From the IMG/VR virus record IMGVR_UViG_3300031994_000009: a DNA stretch of 64,000 bases. The stretch is one strand, 5' to 3'. This document shows positions 38,209 to 49,058 of the stretch, piece by piece; the first letter of the stretch is position 1; every line of letters begins with the position of its first letter. The DNA comes from a virus. Its lineage: Duplodnaviria; Caudoviricetes. The position numbers and the translations under genes were made by a program. The notes under the pieces were generated by a model, which had not been told where the DNA came from, searched no databases, and saw only the letters and a list, made by a program, of their open reading frames with translations.

Positions 38209-41200
38209 ATGAGTTTTATAAACGAAGATAACACTAGTGGATTCCATACGGGAACAGTACATACTGGTGTTCATAGATCGGTTACTGGAGGAAATGATGC
38301 TCCAGTTGATGTTGGTCTTCCTAAACTTAAACAATCTGTAAAAAAAGCTAAAGATATTCTTATGGGAAAAGATGGTGGAAATGACATGAACAGTGGAAAC
38401 GGCGGAACAACACATGTTGACAGCCATGATGTTTATAATTATAATTATGATTATAGTGTTCATCATTCTGGTGTCGCCGATGGTCTTGCTTGGTTCGGGA
38501 CACATTTTAAAGAGATAGCTATAGTTGCGGCTGCATCAGCTGCCGTTCTTGCGATAGCTAAGCTTATAAAAGGTGCTAATAAAAGCATCAAGTTGCGTTA
38601 TAACAAGGTCGTAAAGTCTTTGCAGAAGGCACAGAAGGATTTCACTCTTGCCCCAGATGGAATGAACATGAAGTCAATATTGCCAGGAATAGGAAGCAGA
38701 TTAAATGACTGGATTACAAGAACATTTTCTGGTAATTGGAAATCAAGGAAGGGTTGGAAAAGGCAAACGGCTGGAAATATTGGTCTTCATCCATTCTGTC
38801 AACAGTATATAGATGAGATCGAGGCTGATTATAGAGTTGCTACAGCAGCTTTCAGCAAGATTAAATTAGGTGCTGATAGTCTTGATTCCAAGGAAGCTGG
38901 AAGAAATACGGATTCCAGTGTTGGAGGCGCACAATCAAATGTCAGCACATCAGCGTATTCTGGAAAGATATACTCGAGTTTCCATGAAGCGTATTCAAAC
39001 GAATTGTTGAATGAAGGTGTTTCTAAAGATAAACTGGATGAATCGATTCTTGCGACAATTTCTGCTGGTGTTGCGCTTACATCTTTGGCGGTAAAGGCGG
39101 GAACGTTCCTTTACCAGAGATTTAAGAACGGAAAACCAGAGGGTGATCCTAAGGCAATCCAAGTGACGGCTGAATCAACAAGGGAAATTTGCTATGCAAT
39201 TATCAATAACTATGCGGATAAGTATGTTAATATGAATCAGGTATTCAAGGAACTCGGAATAGATTCCAAGTCTCTTGCTGATCTTGACAAATCGTCTGTT
39301 GATAAACTTAGGACAATTCTTGAGAAATACGAGAAGCCTGAGAAGAACGCATATACAAAGCAGTATTCCAGAATCAACGACGCATATAAGAAGATGTTGA
39401 ATCACTATTATAAGATTGGTGATGGCATAATCGAGAATTTCGTCAAATATTCTGAAGCTTCTGACGAGAAGCACGCCAACCTTATTGTCGCGTCAAAGGA
39501 GAAACTCAAGAATATGTGGGACTCTCAGAAGGAATTCTATGAGAACAATTTTTCGCATGTTATTGTCGAGATAGTCGCAAGCGAGGCTTATATCAATTAT
39601 CTTGATTTCATCATTAACAAGGTCTTGCCTGTATTCAAGTCTGGATTGGCTGGTGATGCAGATTATATTTTCGATGTTGTTCCAAAGAAAGGTGAATATT
39701 ATATAATCAGACAGACTGGAGATCAACCTGTTATTGATGGGACGTCTGAACTAAAGGGAAAATCTGGAATAGCAGAAGTTGTAGGGTTTGACAAGAATAA
39801 TAAGAAGATTATATTTAAGTTTGTTGGCGCATTAAATGATTCTAATGGATATACAGTGTCTGATGAAGGAATAGCCACTCTTGATAATTCAGATAAACCT
39901 TCGATCGACTATGATGTCTATAAGGATAAAGGCGATATAGAGCTTGAATATGGAAAGTGGCTTTCTGTCGATCCTATTCAGTTGAAGTGGACACCAGAGA
40001 AAATATCTACAATATATTACAAACATATTGATATTGATGAAGATAATAAGGGTTGTACGCAATTTGTGTATTCAAAGACAACATATGAAGATGCGGATAA
40101 GGGTTACAATAAATTTTATCTGGTTACAACAAAGAGATCAGACTATGATGTGATTAATTTCACCGAGATTGATTATGATGGTTTGATGAGATCTGATGAT
40201 TTCGAACGCATGTGCGAACGTGAACTTGACATGTATTCGACGTGGGAAGACGAAGATCATATTAATTATTGGAATAGTTTGATTGATAAAAACGAGAATA
40301 AAAAGGATGCTGGCAAGATCGACGAGGTTGTCGAGATTATCAAGAATACTCCAGAGAGAAAGGATGTTGAAGACGATAAGGATAAAGATGAAAACAAGCC
40401 AGAAGTTCATGCCGTGTCCAAATTGTACAAGAGGACGACAAAGACAGACAGGGGTAGGGAGATAGAGGAATACGCATATGCTGTGATAGAAGAGAGCGAT
40501 GAGTCTTTTAAGTCTTGCTCCAAGGAGATGTTGAATGAAGACGGATCTCTTGATGAAGCTTTGTTCAAGCGTAAGAAAAAGAAAGACAAAGAAGAAAAAG
40601 CTGATGATAGCGAAAAAACTGATTTAGATAGTTCGGATGATGAAAAGAATCGCGATGAAAATACAGATATTAATGCGGAAGATGATGATGATCCATTTAA
40701 ACCGTCTGGTGAAGGGACTCCTGTTGTAGAACCAGGATCTGATGCCGCATCCAAATCTGTCGTTAGGATGATTATCTGCGGAAACATCGATAAGGCTTCT
40801 GGAAAATCAATCATGGATGATATCAAGGATAATAAGTTTGACGGTTCAAGTATTACGATCGATCCAGCTTGTTCCATAGATGATGTCGACAAGGAGTTTG
40901 AAAAACTTGGATTCGAGACTGTTGAAGAGAATGCAAACAAGATTAAAGGAAAACTCCTTCAGTCTGTGATGCAGCAATCTGGTAAAGTAAGGAAGACAAA
41001 TGTCGGCGCGTTCAGGATAGATGACGTTGAATCCGCATTGAAGGAGACGGAGAATCGCGAAGGCGCCCATGAGAAAATCAATGCGGACGCCGATAAGATA
41101 GCAGAAGGTATTATAGAGAAGATCAAGGGTGTTCTTACTGGTAGCCCTAAGGATATGTTTGGTAGGAGAAAACTTACAGATCCAAATAATCCTACGGAAA

Positions 41201-42723
41201 GTATTAAGTTGAAAGGAAAGGCATGGAATATCTTCTTGATGAAGAAGCCTTTCTCTGAACAACCTTATGTCGAATATGATACTGAAGCAAAGGATGACAA
41301 CACTGGGAAAAAGTTTACGCTTTATCTGTATCCGACGATTATAACAGAAGCTGGTGCAAAAACAAAATCTGTATTGGAAGGAAAGCCGAAATACGGTGTA
41401 ATCATATATTTGAATAAAGATATTAATGAGGTTGTGCCTCTCGATAAGTCAGAGATCGAGTCCGCTGTCAAGAATATGTTCAATGCTCTTGCTGAAGGCG
41501 GTAAGATCGAACCATCTAGATTCGAGCCCATTGAACCAAAATCTTCTGATGAAGAAAAACCATCTGAAGATGAAGAGAAGATTGATACTAAAGGACTTTC
41601 TCCAGAAGATTTGAAACTGGCTGAATCAATCAACAGCATATTTGATGTCGTTAGCGTGATTGAGACAGAAGGTGGATCGTATAAGTTCCATAACAATGGA
41701 AAAAAGCCTTCCAATATAGAAGTGAATTCATCAGAGGGTGATTATGATTTTATATCAGTTACGTTGAAGGATTGGAAACACACTGGATTGACGTTAACGT
41801 TTAAGGATGGTAAAATAGATGTTCAGACTGCTATTGGTTTAAAAAATTCGGAGATTTCCGAGTTGAATAAATGGACAAGGAAAGAACTTTTCTATAATGT
41901 TAGAACATCACTTTACAATATTATTGATAAGATTAAGGATGAGAATAAAGAAGGAGGATCGATCGACACGTCAAAGATGAACGATGTTCAGAAGAAACTT
42001 GTTGCGGATATAGAGGACTTGTTGAAGATTGTTAAGGTTGAAAAAACGAATGATGGAAAACTTTTGTTCGACGTAAATTCATCCAAGAAATCTGGGAATG
42101 TTGAAATTGTCACAAATGCTGGAAAGATGGCAGCATTCACCGCACATTTTGATGGTGTTGGTAATTTAATTGTTCTTGGCAATTGTTCTGGAAATTCTGT
42201 CACGATAAACTCTAGATATAATGGAGAAAATGGACAGGCATCTCAATTAAAAGAATGGAGCGTTAAATCTATATATGACGTTTTATCTACCAGAGTTGGA
42301 GAAGAACAAAATAAGAAATCGGATGAATCTGTGAATATCACATATAAGACAAAGACTTCTGTTTCTGAATCTACGAATATTTCTACAGTAAATATAAAGA
42401 GAAAGATCTCTGGAAGGTTCAAGAACTGGTATGTTTTGTCAGAGGCTGTATATGACGATGGATCTGGGTATAAGTCGAAACTTGATAACACCAGAATGAT
42501 AGATTCTATGACAGAGAGATCCGATTTCTCTAAGTTTGCCAAGGCATCTAAGCTCGCTAAGTTCATGCCTTTTGAATCCCAACAGGAATACACACTTGTT
42601 TCCGATAAAGGACATACTCCTTCAGTCGCTACGCCTTTGTATGAGTCTGTTGTTCTTGTCAAGTTCGACAAAATGGACAATGTGATAGATAAGATCGTTG
42701 TCGGAAAGTTCAAAATAGATTAA
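38209..42723 (+). CDS. Very large hypothetical protein, putative head-internal/ejection protein
   Basis: 1504 aa; many INE/LNE/LDE/LYE motifs; two Ala-rich hydrophobic helices; ATAAATA at 38179. Confidence 0.65.
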   Translation: MSFINEDNTSGFHTGTVHTGVHRSVTGGNDAPVDVGLPKLKQSVKKAKDILMGKDGGNDMNSGNGGTTHVDSHDVYNYNYDYSVHHSGVADGLAWFGTHFKEIAIVAAASAAVLAIAKLIKGANKSIKLRYNKVVKSLQKAQKDFTLAPDGMNMKSILPGIGSRLNDWITRTFSGNWKSRKGWKRQTAGNIGLHPFCQQYIDEIEADYRVATAAFSKIKLGADSLDSKEAGRNTDSSVGGAQSNVSTSAYSGKIYSSFHEAYSNELLNEGVSKDKLDESILATISAGVALTSLAVKAGTFLYQRFKNGKPEGDPKAIQVTAESTREICYAIINNYADKYVNMNQVFKELGIDSKSLADLDKSSVDKLRTILEKYEKPEKNAYTKQYSRINDAYKKMLNHYYKIGDGIIENFVKYSEASDEKHANLIVASKEKLKNMWDSQKEFYENNFSHVIVEIVASEAYINYLDFIINKVLPVFKSGLAGDADYIFDVVPKKGEYYIIRQTGDQPVIDGTSELKGKSGIAEVVGFDKNNKKIIFKFVGALNDSNGYTVSDEGIATLDNSDKPSIDYDVYKDKGDIELEYGKWLSVDPIQLKWTPEKISTIYYKHIDIDEDNKGCTQFVYSKTTYEDADKGYNKFYLVTTKRSDYDVINFTEIDYDGLMRSDDFERMCERELDMYSTWEDEDHINYWNSLIDKNENKKDAGKIDEVVEIIKNTPERKDVEDDKDKDENKPEVHAVSKLYKRTTKTDRGREIEEYAYAVIEESDESFKSCSKEMLNEDGSLDEALFKRKKKKDKEEKADDSEKTDLDSSDDEKNRDENTDINAEDDDDPFKPSGEGTPVVEPGSDAASKSVVRMIICGNIDKASGKSIMDDIKDNKFDGSSITIDPACSIDDVDKEFEKLGFETVEENANKIKGKLLQSVMQQSGKVRKTNVGAFRIDDVESALKETENREGAHEKINADADKIAEGIIEKIKGVLTGSPKDMFGRRKLTDPNNPTESIKLKGKAWNIFLMKKPFSEQPYVEYDTEAKDDNTGKKFTLYLYPTIITEAGAKTKSVLEGKPKYGVIIYLNKDINEVVPLDKSEIESAVKNMFNALAEGGKIEPSRFEPIEPKSSDEEKPSEDEEKIDTKGLSPEDLKLAESINSIFDVVSVIETEGGSYKFHNNGKKPSNIEVNSSEGDYDFISVTLKDWKHTGLTLTFKDGKIDVQTAIGLKNSEISELNKWTRKELFYNVRTSLYNIIDKIKDENKEGGSIDTSKMNDVQKKLVADIEDLLKIVKVEKTNDGKLLFDVNSSKKSGNVEIVTNAGKMAAFTAHFDGVGNLIVLGNCSGNSVTINSRYNGENGQASQLKEWSVKSIYDVLSTRVGEEQNKKSDESVNITYKTKTSVSESTNISTVNIKRKISGRFKNWYVLSEAVYDDGSGYKSKLDNTRMIDSMTERSDFSKFAKASKLAKFMPFESQQEYTLVSDKGHTPSVATPLYESVVLVKFDKMDNVIDKIVVGKFKID

Positions 42724-42724
42724 T

Positions 42725-43531
42725 TTGTTTGACATGACCTATTTGCAAGATAGAAATATGATTCAATACTATAGGGACTCTATCATGGAGTCCCTATCGG
42801 AGATTGATGATTCTAGATATAAAATAGGATTGATAAAAAGATCCGATCTGAATAGGGTTATTAACCTGACTGAGGCTTATTCTGTAATGTGCAAGATAAG
42901 GGGTGTTTTCCTGTGTGAAGCTGAAATGTTTGCGAAGTCAGTTGAACGTCTGGTTAAAGAATACAAATATAGAATAAAGACTTTGAACGAAGGGTTTGAG
43001 AATCCGTTTGATGATGACGATACGATTGATATAGACACAAGATACGAGGATCAATGCGATGTCGAGCCAGAAGGATCCGTAAAGATAAAGAAAATCGGAT
43101 TATGGAACGATAACACTAACAGCAAAGTGAACTATATAGACGGAAAGATCGTTTCTGGTCAGTTCTTTGCTCCAAATGATACGATCGAGATTTGTCCAGT
43201 AAGGATAATACATCCTTCTGACATGTATTCTAAAACAGTTAGGGAGTTCACGTTCGATATCGATCCAGAGAGAAATCTATATGGAATTCCTTTCGGATAT
43301 GCTTCTTATTACAGGAGTAATCTTGACTGTAATTTGGAGCCTAATGCAGACTATGAGTATATAGATGGGACAAATAAGTCGATCAGGATATATGCGACAC
43401 GTCCTATTAAGAAAGGGAACGAGATTGTCTTGCAGGCGAGCAGGGACATGTATGACAACGAATTCAACGATTCCGATTTTCGTTATGACAAGGAACCGTT
43501 CTATTCGATCAAAAACGTAACAGTTGTTTAA
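42725..43531 (+). CDS. Degenerate SET-domain protein with N-terminal extension
   Basis: IEICPV...FGYASYY...EPNADY...IYATRPIKKGNEI follows the bacterial SET pattern; NHS and terminal Tyr not conserved. Confidence 0.7.
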   Translation: MFDMTYLQDRNMIQYYRDSIMESLSEIDDSRYKIGLIKRSDLNRVINLTEAYSVMCKIRGVFLCEAEMFAKSVERLVKEYKYRIKTLNEGFENPFDDDDTIDIDTRYEDQCDVEPEGSVKIKKIGLWNDNTNSKVNYIDGKIVSGQFFAPNDTIEICPVRIIHPSDMYSKTVREFTFDIDPERNLYGIPFGYASYYRSNLDCNLEPNADYEYIDGTNKSIRIYATRPIKKGNEIVLQASRDMYDNEFNDSDFRYDKEPFYSIKNVTVV

Positions 43532-43573
43532 TTTATACGTCAATAAATAGAAAAGAAAAATACTTTATATACG

Positions 43574-44440
43574 ATGAGATCTTTTGATAAAGCATATAAG
43601 ACTTCAAGGCAGCGCACACTTAACGAGCAACAGAAGGCTTTCGCAGTTGACAGGGCAAAGTTGATTGCTGCGGTTAAGAAGGAATACGGAATACAAGATT
43701 TTAACGCTCTTTCTGAAAAAGAGAAAGCTGAGTATAAGTCCGTTATAAACGAGATGTGGAGTAAAGATGGCGGTTTGAACGAGAATGGTTTGCGATTTAT
43801 TATGGAAGGTAGCATGCCTTTAACTGAAAAATCATCGGATGAAAAGATAGAAAGTTGGTTCAAAGGGAAAATAAGAGAAGATCTTGATAATGTCATTATG
43901 CATCTTGTATCCAAAGGTGAGTGCAAGTGCGTCGTTGATTTGAAAAATCAGATAGAGAAATCTATAGGAAAGAAAGTTAAGATTTCTTTGATTAGAAAGT
44001 GGCTTGGTGAGGTTATTTGTAAGTATATTGCTACTAAGATTAATGGAATCTCGTTTATGCCTAAATCTATCCATGAATCAATTGAATGGAAACATAAAAA
44101 TCAGCCAGGTTTTGTTCCAGATGAAGATATAGATACAGAATCGATAAAAAAAGAATTGATAAGTTTTGGGTGGGTAGAAGATTCAAAACGAAATCTGGTG
44201 TACAGATTAAATGCTGGGAATATAGGAAAGTTTAATTTTTATTTTCTTATAGATATGTCTAATAAGAATGAAGGAATATATTTTGGATTATATGCACATA
44301 ATGGCGATAGAGAGTTTAATGTGGATTCAACAAATTGTGGAAGGTTTTTTAATTGGGTTGAACTAAAGAGATTTGCTCTTAATAAAACTTGGTTGGAACG
44401 TACCATACAGGATGTAAAAAACAAAATGGACAGAAAATAA
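43574..44440 (+). CDS. Hypothetical putative head protein
   Basis: 288 aa with LNE/INE/IHES motifs; ATAAATA at 43543. Confidence 0.6.
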   Translation: MRSFDKAYKTSRQRTLNEQQKAFAVDRAKLIAAVKKEYGIQDFNALSEKEKAEYKSVINEMWSKDGGLNENGLRFIMEGSMPLTEKSSDEKIESWFKGKIREDLDNVIMHLVSKGECKCVVDLKNQIEKSIGKKVKISLIRKWLGEVICKYIATKINGISFMPKSIHESIEWKHKNQPGFVPDEDIDTESIKKELISFGWVEDSKRNLVYRLNAGNIGKFNFYFLIDMSNKNEGIYFGLYAHNGDREFNVDSTNCGRFFNWVELKRFALNKTWLERTIQDVKNKMDRK

Positions 44441-44456
44441 TCATATTTGATATCAA

Positions 44457-44993
44457 ATGAAATTCAATAAAGATACATTCCTTAATGAAATAGTGGACAA
44501 GGTCCAGTCCGCGATCGATAAAAACCTTATAACAAAGGAAGATGTTGAGAACAACGACACGGATCGTCTTCATGGGTTTGTCCAGTATGAGCTTCTGAAC
44601 TATATTGAGGACAGGAAGTTCGCCATAGATGTGTTGAAAGACTTCAATTTCGACGAGAGGAAGGATTGGAGGGATCTTCAGGAACAATATGGGGAGTTCA
44701 GATCTCTAATGGACATTGCACTTGTTAATCTTTGGAAATATCTTGAGTCTGAGAACGCGACAGAGTATTCATATTATGTTCACGATAACAAGAAGGATCA
44801 GAATATGCTTGCTTTGGTTCATGACAAGGAGGATTTCCAAGATCCTCGTGAAGGGGACAATCCAGACGAATCTCCAAGAGAGAAGCGTGATATGGAGATC
44901 AATTTCGATGCCCTTCGTAAGAACGATAGGGAAGATGAACATGATTTGGAAGAGATCGGGCGTCCTCGAAGAAAGATAAGGATTAACAGATAG
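44457..44993 (+). CDS. Hypothetical protein
   Basis: 178-aa ORF upstream of the protease. Confidence 0.65.
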   Translation: MKFNKDTFLNEIVDKVQSAIDKNLITKEDVENNDTDRLHGFVQYELLNYIEDRKFAIDVLKDFNFDERKDWRDLQEQYGEFRSLMDIALVNLWKYLESENATEYSYYVHDNKKDQNMLALVHDKEDFQDPREGDNPDESPREKRDMEINFDALRKNDREDEHDLEEIGRPRRKIRINR

Positions 44994-45105
44994 ATCGATT
45001 TCCATAAAGCATAAGGAGCCGATAGACTCCTTATTTGTTCAATATAACACATAAAATATAGATAATAAGACGATAAATAAATAAATTCGATTATTTTTCT
45101 AACAA

Positions 45106-47022
45106 ATGAAAAGTTTTTTGATTTGCGGAAACTCATCTAAGCCGATGAAGCTCAACGAGAGTGAGAGCACATCAGATCGATATATACTCCAAGGCTTGTT
45201 TGCTGGTCCGTTCGGTGTAGAGAACAGGAACAAGAGAATCTATGAAGTTGATGAATACCTTAAACATCTTCAGTATCTTCGTGATGATATCAAGAAAGGT
45301 GAGCCTTTGCTTGGTGAACTTGATCATCCAGACGATAGGTTTGAGGTTAAGTTGAAGGAGGCTTCTCATAGAGTTCTGGATCTCTGGTACGATAAGTCCA
45401 CAAACACGATCCAAGGTAAGATTGAGTTGCTTAACACGCCAAATGGCAAGCTTGCTCAGGCTTTGGTCGATCAGGGCATTCCCCTTCATATATCGTCAAG
45501 GGCCGCTGGTACGGTAAATAGTGACAAAACTGTTAGTATCCAACAGATTTATACATTTGATTTGGTATGTAAACCAGGTTTTGCTGGAGCTGTTCTTCAT
45601 CGTGTTAATGAGTCTAAAACATCCGATAAATATACGGATAACGTTTATAAGTTTCTTACGGAATCTGAGAGGTTTGAGGCGAAAAACGCTGCTCCTCAGT
45701 TTGGGATGCTGAATGAAGATGTTTCTATTATGGAGATTAATTCTGATGCGAAACTGAGGAAGGAAGCCAAGAATATTAAGGAAAATAATTCAGACGATTA
45801 TATGGAAGACATGCATAAAGATAAGGAAGTTGTCGATGCCGTCAATGGCGCGATGTCTTATCTTAACGACAAGTTCCCGTCTACAAAGAAAATAACGTAT
45901 GAATACACGGAAAGTGAAGATGCGGAGAATTTCAGGTATGACGGTGGAAAGCTATATATCAATCCTTTTGCTATTAAGAGAGTGATTGAGAGATACGGTA
46001 ACAATAAGGATTATGTCATTGAAAAAGGCATCATTGATGCTATTACATCATATAACAAGGATATGTTTAAGGATGAAAACACTGAAGCTATGGAAGAGAT
46101 TATGGATAAAGCATCTAGGATCTTGAACAATGCGAATGGAATTCACGAGGAAGATGAGTCCGATAATGATAAGGCAGATGACGGGAAGGATTCCGATAAA
46201 GATTCCGATAAGGACGACAATGGTGTGGAAATTATTTCTGTCAGGGCTGAAACTTCTGGCGAAGGTGTAGAGATTATCGGAGTTGAGGCTGATGATAGCA
46301 AGGAAGATGATGATAAGGAAGATGATAAGGATTCGGACGATGAAGACAAGTCTGATGAAAATGATGACAACGAGGATGGCAATGAGTCTACCGATGAGGG
46401 TAAGGTGAAGACTCCAGAAGGAAAGGAAAAGGAGATGCTCCTCGACTGTGATGAATTAAAGGAGAGAAAGACTAATTTCATGGAAAAGTTGGACGATAAG
46501 ATTGAAGCCATAAAAAACAAGGGCGATCAACGCAAGGCTGACGAATCCTACAATATACAGAAGTACCCGATGTCCCGTTTGCTGAACGAATCTAATTTCG
46601 CTGGTTTCATGGGTCTGAAAGAGTCGCAGAAAAACAATGTGATCAACTATCTTGTGGACAACGGAATCGCTGATATCGACAGTGTCAACGAGAATTGGAA
46701 GAACGGAATCGAGTACAGGCAAGAGACCGAGGTTTGGCTGAAGTATGCTCCAAAGGAGTATAGGGAGATGTTCGAGAATGCAAGCGAAAGCGTCAAGGAT
46801 TCCATAAGGAACACAGCTTCGTTTATACTCTTCGAAAACCAGAACGACATAAACGTTTTCTGGGAGAACACTGGCCTTACCAGCGCAGAAGGAGCAAGGA
46901 TGCTCAACGAGCAGTTTGTTTCCTCTATGCCTAAAGTCGTTGCGCCTGTGAAAGAGGAACTTCCATACGGAAAGGACTTCATCAACGCTGTGACAGAGAT
47001 GGCAGCGGCATATAATCGTTAA
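45106..47022 (+). CDS. gp21: Prohead protease (gp21-like) with long acidic, scaffold-like C-terminal extension
   Basis: NRNKRIY, GELDHP (His), ISSRAAG (Ser), TFDLV (Asp); directly upstream of the capsid gene. Confidence 0.9.
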   Translation: MKSFLICGNSSKPMKLNESESTSDRYILQGLFAGPFGVENRNKRIYEVDEYLKHLQYLRDDIKKGEPLLGELDHPDDRFEVKLKEASHRVLDLWYDKSTNTIQGKIELLNTPNGKLAQALVDQGIPLHISSRAAGTVNSDKTVSIQQIYTFDLVCKPGFAGAVLHRVNESKTSDKYTDNVYKFLTESERFEAKNAAPQFGMLNEDVSIMEINSDAKLRKEAKNIKENNSDDYMEDMHKDKEVVDAVNGAMSYLNDKFPSTKKITYEYTESEDAENFRYDGGKLYINPFAIKRVIERYGNNKDYVIEKGIIDAITSYNKDMFKDENTEAMEEIMDKASRILNNANGIHEEDESDNDKADDGKDSDKDSDKDDNGVEIISVRAETSGEGVEIIGVEADDSKEDDDKEDDKDSDDEDKSDENDDNEDGNESTDEGKVKTPEGKEKEMLLDCDELKERKTNFMEKLDDKIEAIKNKGDQRKADESYNIQKYPMSRLLNESNFAGFMGLKESQKNNVINYLVDNGIADIDSVNENWKNGIEYRQETEVWLKYAPKEYREMFENASESVKDSIRNTASFILFENQNDINVFWENTGLTSAEGARMLNEQFVSSMPKVVAPVKEELPYGKDFINAVTEMAAAYNR

Positions 47023-47094
47023 AATATTGCGAAAATAGCTCATAAACCGTCAAAATCATAGCAAAATGGTCTAAAATGACCGAAAATCAGGTTA

Positions 47095-47101
47095 ATAAAT
47101 A
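47095..47101 (+). promoter_or_regulatory. Putative late promoter ATAAATA (T4 TATAAATA-like) for the capsid gene
   Basis: Motif recurs about 10-50 nt upstream of most structural genes on both strands. Confidence 0.65.
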
Positions 47102-47150
47102 AATCAAAGACTTTTTAGCCTGAAGTAAAAACAAATTACAAAACAACAAA

Positions 47151-48929
47151 ATGGCAAAGAATAAAGTAAATATCGCAGCTATCCGTGAAGCTTGGGGTCC
47201 TGCCATCAAGACTATCACTAACAACGCTGTTAACGAGTCCAGCGACAAGTTCGACTGGATGTGCGAGTACGCTCATTATCATACCATGGCTCTGAACGAG
47301 GAAGCCATCGGTGGAGCTACATTCCCATTCAATACGCTGTATAACACCAACGGTATCGGTAACGCTCAGCCCGCACAGATGGCTGGCATGACTGGTGTCG
47401 ATCAGGGTTCGGCTGCAGCCAAGGGTTCTGGTGACAAATGGCCTGCATTGCTTCCTATGGCTCTGCAAGTTGCCGCAAGGACTATCGGTTTCGATTTGGT
47501 CAACAACCTGCCTACCCCTGGTCCTACCTACGTGATTCCTTTCTTGGATTACGTTTACAGCGGTTCTAAGGATGCATACGGTGCAACTCCTTCGTACAAT
47601 GGTGCTACTGCCAATCCTAAGATTGGAACTAAGCTCGGTTCGAAGGTTGATCCTGCTTACAGTTTGTATGAGGCCCCTCACGCATTCCGTGCAAAGATGG
47701 TCATCGACGCAAGCAAGGCCGAAGCTGTCCAAGCAATGAAGGATGCTTCTCAAGGTTTTAAGATTGGTGATGGTAGTGTTGAAGCTGGTACTGCAATGAA
47801 TGTCCAGTTCATCGGTTTGAGCCGTCTTTCGGCTGATCCTATGTTCAAGGTCATGGCTGATTCGAAGAATGTTTCTTTGGGTACTGTGTTCACCGCTGAT
47901 GCTTCTATCAGTGTCACTGTTGGTGGTTTCACTTTCTCGTTGCAACGTCCTCGTCTGATCAGCGCCCTTGAGGATCAAGTCCTCGGTTTCACTGGTGCTG
48001 GCAAGTATGACAGCGATCCTTGGAGCGGTACGTTCCAAGATGACATGCACCTCTATGAGCCTATGGATCGTGCAACTGGTGAGATGCAGTATCCTCGCCA
48101 GATGAGCTTGAAGGTGTTCACTAAGTTCGGTCAGGTTGGTACACAAAGTGTTGCCGTCGCCGTCACTCAAGAACAGGTCCAAGACCTGCAGAAGCAGTGG
48201 GGTATCGATGTGCTGAAGCTTGTGGAAAACGCTGGTATCAATGAACTCTCACAGAGCATCAACAAGCACATCTTGAGCCGTCTGTTCGCTCTCGGTTGGA
48301 GGAACCACGTTGAGGCTTACGAGGCTGAAGGTGTGAACCTGAACATCAGCATGACTGGTGTCGCAACAACCAAGACTTGTGTGACTTATTTCGACGATGC
48401 TCAGACTGAAGAGCTGGTCACTATGGACGTTCCCGCAATCACCAACTATGGTAACTTCGAGAACTTCGACACCATCTCCAAGAGGATCGCAGTTAACATG
48501 ATGTATGCTGGTAACATGGTGATGAACCGTGGACGTAGAGGTCCCGCAAACTTCTGCGTGACTAACTACAAGATCGCCACCATCCTGCAGAGCAACGCTC
48601 AGTATTCGTTCGCTCCTATCGCCAACACAATTAACCAGAACAACGGTAGCCTGTATCCTGCTGGTCAAATCAGCGGTCTGACGGTGTACGTCGATCCTTA
48701 CATGCAGGCTTCTGACACGAGAGTGCTGGTTGGTCGTAAGGGTGCCAAGGATGAGCCAGGTGTGTTCTTCTGCCCATATATCATGGCTGAAAGCGTCCGC
48801 CTGATTGCAGAGCAAACCGCAAGCCCGAAGGTTGTCATCAAGAGCCGTTACGCTCTGGTCGACGCAGGTTTCTATCCTGAGTTGAACTATGTGACCTTCT
48901 TCGTGAACACTCCAGATCAACTGGTTTAA
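47151..48929 (+). CDS. gp23: Major capsid protein (T4 gp23-like)
   Basis: TIGFDLV..P..GP, EQVQDL..QWGID, NELSQSINK, RRGPANF, FCPYIM, KSRYAL; strongly biased codon usage. Confidence 0.93.
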   Translation: MAKNKVNIAAIREAWGPAIKTITNNAVNESSDKFDWMCEYAHYHTMALNEEAIGGATFPFNTLYNTNGIGNAQPAQMAGMTGVDQGSAAAKGSGDKWPALLPMALQVAARTIGFDLVNNLPTPGPTYVIPFLDYVYSGSKDAYGATPSYNGATANPKIGTKLGSKVDPAYSLYEAPHAFRAKMVIDASKAEAVQAMKDASQGFKIGDGSVEAGTAMNVQFIGLSRLSADPMFKVMADSKNVSLGTVFTADASISVTVGGFTFSLQRPRLISALEDQVLGFTGAGKYDSDPWSGTFQDDMHLYEPMDRATGEMQYPRQMSLKVFTKFGQVGTQSVAVAVTQEQVQDLQKQWGIDVLKLVENAGINELSQSINKHILSRLFALGWRNHVEAYEAEGVNLNISMTGVATTKTCVTYFDDAQTEELVTMDVPAITNYGNFENFDTISKRIAVNMMYAGNMVMNRGRRGPANFCVTNYKIATILQSNAQYSFAPIANTINQNNGSLYPAGQISGLTVYVDPYMQASDTRVLVGRKGAKDEPGVFFCPYIMAESVRLIAEQTASPKVVIKSRYALVDAGFYPELNYVTFFVNTPDQLV

Positions 48930-48958
48930 TCACTGCGGGTAGCAAGCGATTGACTACG

Positions 48959-48997
48959 GAAGGCCGATTCGATAGAGTCGGTCTTCTTTTTTTTTTG
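48959..48997 (+). terminator. Intrinsic terminator after the capsid gene
   Basis: GAAGGCCGATTC-GATA-GAGTCGGTCTTC followed by a long T-run. Confidence 0.85.
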
Positions 48998-49026
48998 TAT
49001 ATTTTCTTTTTTTGGTTTGGAAATGT

Positions 49027-49039
49027 TCCGTATATTTGC
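49027..49039 (+). promoter_or_regulatory. Host-type promoter TCCGTATATTTGC driving the cas gene
   Basis: Exact motif copy with upstream TTTG; 20 nt before ATG 49059. Confidence 0.8.
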
Positions 49040-49058
49040 AGCACTAAAACTAACCAAT

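Noticed and set aside
47136-48920. Long antisense ORFs opposite the capsid gene (also opposite gp47, SSB and vWA)
   Set aside because: Shadow frames caused by codon bias, with no recognisable motifs or promoters
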